Positions 43,683-46,457 of a stretch of 46,457 nt of DNA are shown here, in pieces (within the stretch, counting starts at the first letter, position 1; every line of letters starts with the position of its first letter). The notes under the pieces are model-generated. The model saw only the letters and a program-made list of their open reading frames with translations. It ran no database searches and had not been told where the DNA came from. Both the position numbers and the translations under genes were made by a program. This DNA is from Corallochytrium limacisporum Hawaii (taxonomy: Eukaryota; Protista; Pluriformea), in the NCBI GenBank assembly GCA_002811645.1, contig PDIP01000074.1, positions 1 to 46,457 of the forward strand, written 5' to 3'.

Positions 43683-46322
43683 ATGGATTTGCTAAACATC
43701 CAATGCGCCCAGATTCCCGCCACCCCGGGCGAAGAGGAAGACGGCGTGCGCTTTTCGTTTTGGATTAACAACTATGCCACTATACTCGAAAATGAGGTCC
43801 GTCTAAATCCGTCAATGCTTGCTATGGTCGCTGTTCGGACAGCATATCAACAGGTTCATTCGGGTGCCAAAGAAGATCTGTTGGTAGTTCCGGCAGAAGG
43901 CTCAGCTGAGTCTCCACGGGACTCATTGCAACTGCATGCGAGCCATGCCGAATTTTTCGCACGTCTTTTAGTAATTTGGGATGCTACAGAAGTCGGCATT
44001 GATGACTGTAGGCAATCAATTGGGCTTTGTTTGGCTGAAATCCTAAAAATTTATGGCGAAACGCATCGGGATAGTGAAGATAATGCGGCAGAGTTCTTGT
44101 CATATGCCTCTGGCTTACGTGTTGCTCTCGAGAGCAGAGCGATCATGGAAGTACCAGTCCACCAGATAGTTTGTGAGCTCGAACGTAAAGCACTTCTCTA
44201 CGCAGAATGCTGTTCTAAACTACGACTGACACCGAAGCTGTCTGCACCCGACGTTATTGCGGCAAGTCACGAGGATATTATGGTTTCGTGCTTGCTGCAA
44301 ATGCCTGCCAACCTATGTGATAGTCAGGACTTCTTGCGTAACTTGCTTACAATGGTACGAGACTATGACATTGATCTACCTTCTCTTTTTGAGACCGTGC
44401 TGGTTAAAGATGATACGTGTTTGGCACCTTTGGTTGAGCCCTTACAATCTCTAGAAAACGTGAAGCTATTGATGGACGTCCTGACGGTATTTTCAAGATA
44501 TTTGCCGTGGGATAGGTTTCGGGCTCTCGATCGTGCATCACACTCGCTGCTTGAAAATATGAAGAAGAAGGGTCATACAGGACCAATGCCTGTGTGTATC
44601 ATTGCTCGGGCAGTGAGGGCACTGGCGGCAAAGTATGGGGTTTCAAATGGGCTTGTCTGGCATTCACGCCATGGACCACAGCGACTGGCACGCTTTATTG
44701 CCACACGTGGCCTTGGATGTGGGACCTGTCTACGAGATGCGGTTCGAGTTTTGCAATGGGCTGGTGTGCACTCTGCTATTGAATCAACTCTCCATGCACA
44801 TATCGCAGCCCTGATCTGGTCACCGCAGCATACAGAGCTGCGACCAGCTCTTTGGGAGTCTGTTAATTTGTTCCTAAAGACCACCGCCGCTGATGATGCC
44901 ACTGCATTAAATGAATTGCTGGGCACTGTAGACAGCACACTGGAGCAAGTCTTTACGCAAACGACATCCATGTACAGAGACTGGACTGTGACTGTAGGCA
45001 ACCTGGAGGTCCTTCTCTCCAATGTCGATGTTCAAGGTAACAAAAATTTCGTGGAGATGGTCGTTGGGCATATTCGCCGGTTCAAGTCCTTGAAATGGAT
45101 CTCGGAGGCCCCAAGTCATCACCAGATGCACTTGTGCATCCAAATTGCGCGCAGACACTACAGTGACGTACGAGCTCAAGACAAACCCTTTGTCTTCCCG
45201 GCCGCTGTGCTCCATATTTGGTTTAAGGACGGGCTATTTAGTAAGTACATCTACCACATGGCGATTGTCCTTGACTTGTCGCCCCTGCAGGCAATTGAGC
45301 TTATTCAAGCTACTTTACCCGGTGCTGTTAGTGCCAAAATGCCTCTCAACTATGCTACTGATGTTGTAGATTCACTGCTTGAATTTGAGGATCAAGCAGA
45401 ATATGTCGGAAAATCTGCTATAGTTCTTACCACGTTCATGTTCTTGTGTCACACATCAGGACGATCGGCTTCAGACATTAAGGCTATCCTGGATGATCGT
45501 GTAAAAGTGTTTTTGGCCCAAAATCTTGCGGAAAGGGATATGGAGCTACTCTGCCGGTTGTTGCGCCTTGAGGATCTTGAGGATGGTCATTTACGGACTG
45601 TTCTTGCCAGAGAAGCCCTAGAGACCATCGGCTACGAAAACCATGGACTCAAGGGCCATGCAGCAGAGGATGACAGTGGTCTGATTGCTATGATTTCAGC
45701 GCAGGAATGTTGCGAGTCAAGTCGTAGAATTCGTTATGCCATGCAAAGTATTTGGTCTGATTTTGTCTTCGCCCCCACGGGGCATGCCACTAAAAAAGTG
45801 CAGACTTTGCTGCACATGGCAACTGAAGAATCGGAAGAGGACTCAGTTTGTTTGCAGCATGTCTGGGTTCGCCTAATCCGAAGGCATTCAAAGGCACCAC
45901 TGGAAGACAGAATGGTTAAGTTTTTGTCCTCCATCACTGCAGACATGAATGCTCTACTTCATGAGGACAACAATCATCGTGAGAGCCGCACTCAGTACAG
46001 ATTGTATTTGAAACATCTGTGGCTCAACGAATTACTCCTCGCTGGACTTGTCACAGATCCGGAGAAAGGTATCAAACTGCTGTCACGGAAGCCACAACAA
46101 GCCATTTTGAAATTGATGAACACCACCATTTCACAGCGATCACAATTCTCTGATGTGCACGCCGATCTCTTCTCCGCTGGTGACCAGATTGTGCCGGCTA
46201 TTTCTTTTGAGCAAAACGCAGCGGATAAGGGTCGAACTCTATCGGATAATTTGGCGATGTACGTGTCATCTCTGTCACTGGATGCAGCAGTAGTACACAC
46301 TATCCTCCAACATAACTCATAG
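43683..46322 (+). CDS. Large Leu/Ala-rich, probably alpha-helical protein of unknown function (879 aa)
   Basis: 2.6-kb uninterrupted ORF; no family recognised. Confidence 0.8.
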   Translation: MDLLNIQCAQIPATPGEEEDGVRFSFWINNYATILENEVRLNPSMLAMVAVRTAYQQVHSGAKEDLLVVPAEGSAESPRDSLQLHASHAEFFARLLVIWDATEVGIDDCRQSIGLCLAEILKIYGETHRDSEDNAAEFLSYASGLRVALESRAIMEVPVHQIVCELERKALLYAECCSKLRLTPKLSAPDVIAASHEDIMVSCLLQMPANLCDSQDFLRNLLTMVRDYDIDLPSLFETVLVKDDTCLAPLVEPLQSLENVKLLMDVLTVFSRYLPWDRFRALDRASHSLLENMKKKGHTGPMPVCIIARAVRALAAKYGVSNGLVWHSRHGPQRLARFIATRGLGCGTCLRDAVRVLQWAGVHSAIESTLHAHIAALIWSPQHTELRPALWESVNLFLKTTAADDATALNELLGTVDSTLEQVFTQTTSMYRDWTVTVGNLEVLLSNVDVQGNKNFVEMVVGHIRRFKSLKWISEAPSHHQMHLCIQIARRHYSDVRAQDKPFVFPAAVLHIWFKDGLFSKYIYHMAIVLDLSPLQAIELIQATLPGAVSAKMPLNYATDVVDSLLEFEDQAEYVGKSAIVLTTFMFLCHTSGRSASDIKAILDDRVKVFLAQNLAERDMELLCRLLRLEDLEDGHLRTVLAREALETIGYENHGLKGHAAEDDSGLIAMISAQECCESSRRIRYAMQSIWSDFVFAPTGHATKKVQTLLHMATEESEEDSVCLQHVWVRLIRRHSKAPLEDRMVKFLSSITADMNALLHEDNNHRESRTQYRLYLKHLWLNELLLAGLVTDPEKGIKLLSRKPQQAILKLMNTTISQRSQFSDVHADLFSAGDQIVPAISFEQNAADKGRTLSDNLAMYVSSLSLDAAVVHTILQHNS

Positions 46323-46444
46323 ATGAACTGCAAGCAGCATTTTTATACAGGGCGCATCCACCTTTACGCGATCATGAGGTACCAGCCTCTTTCAATTACT
46401 ATCGTACGTGGCAAAAATTTTTAGTCTTCGTAAGGCAAAGGCAC

Positions 46445-46457
46445 TTAGGGTTAGGGT
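46445..46457 (+). repeat. Telomeric repeat (TTAGGG)n at window end
   Basis: TTAGGG TTAGGG T runs off the end, with the G-rich strand oriented outward as at a true chromosome end. Confidence 0.7.

Noticed and set aside
1-46457. CRISPR arrays, transposons, rRNA/snRNA genes, prokaryotic operons
   Set aside because: No repeat-spacer arrays, transposase or RT ORFs, terminal repeats or RNA-gene signatures were seen; gene content is eukaryotic.

Overview
Gene-dense eukaryotic nuclear DNA with 19 credible protein-coding genes, every one an uninterrupted ORF with no intron needed inside the conserved coding body. The window ends in TTAGGG repeats only ~120 nt after the last stop codon. The left ~9 kb is accessory-like: three orphan secreted proteins, an atypical SDR, a diverged direct repeat and decayed frames. 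The rest is housekeeping genes (ATP synthase epsilon, PSMG4, BOP1, SNF7/CHMP4, VAP, 2-oxoglutarate carrier, ACAT1-type thiolase, an 8-finger C2H2 factor, an RDH-like SDR, cereblon, IMP3, RPB6, neugrin) separated by G/C-homopolymer-rich upstream regions. The best-supported hidden feature is a selenocysteine glutathione peroxidase that the ORF track splits at an in-frame UGA, with a clean GUGA-core SECIS in its 3' UTR. The most speculative but potentially novel signal is that splicing-like signals appear confined to 5' leaders, including 25-42 nt mini-intron candidates, one of which would add an in-frame N-terminal extension to the thiolase. An intron-poor unicellular holozoan such as Corallochytrium would fit, but that is inference only.
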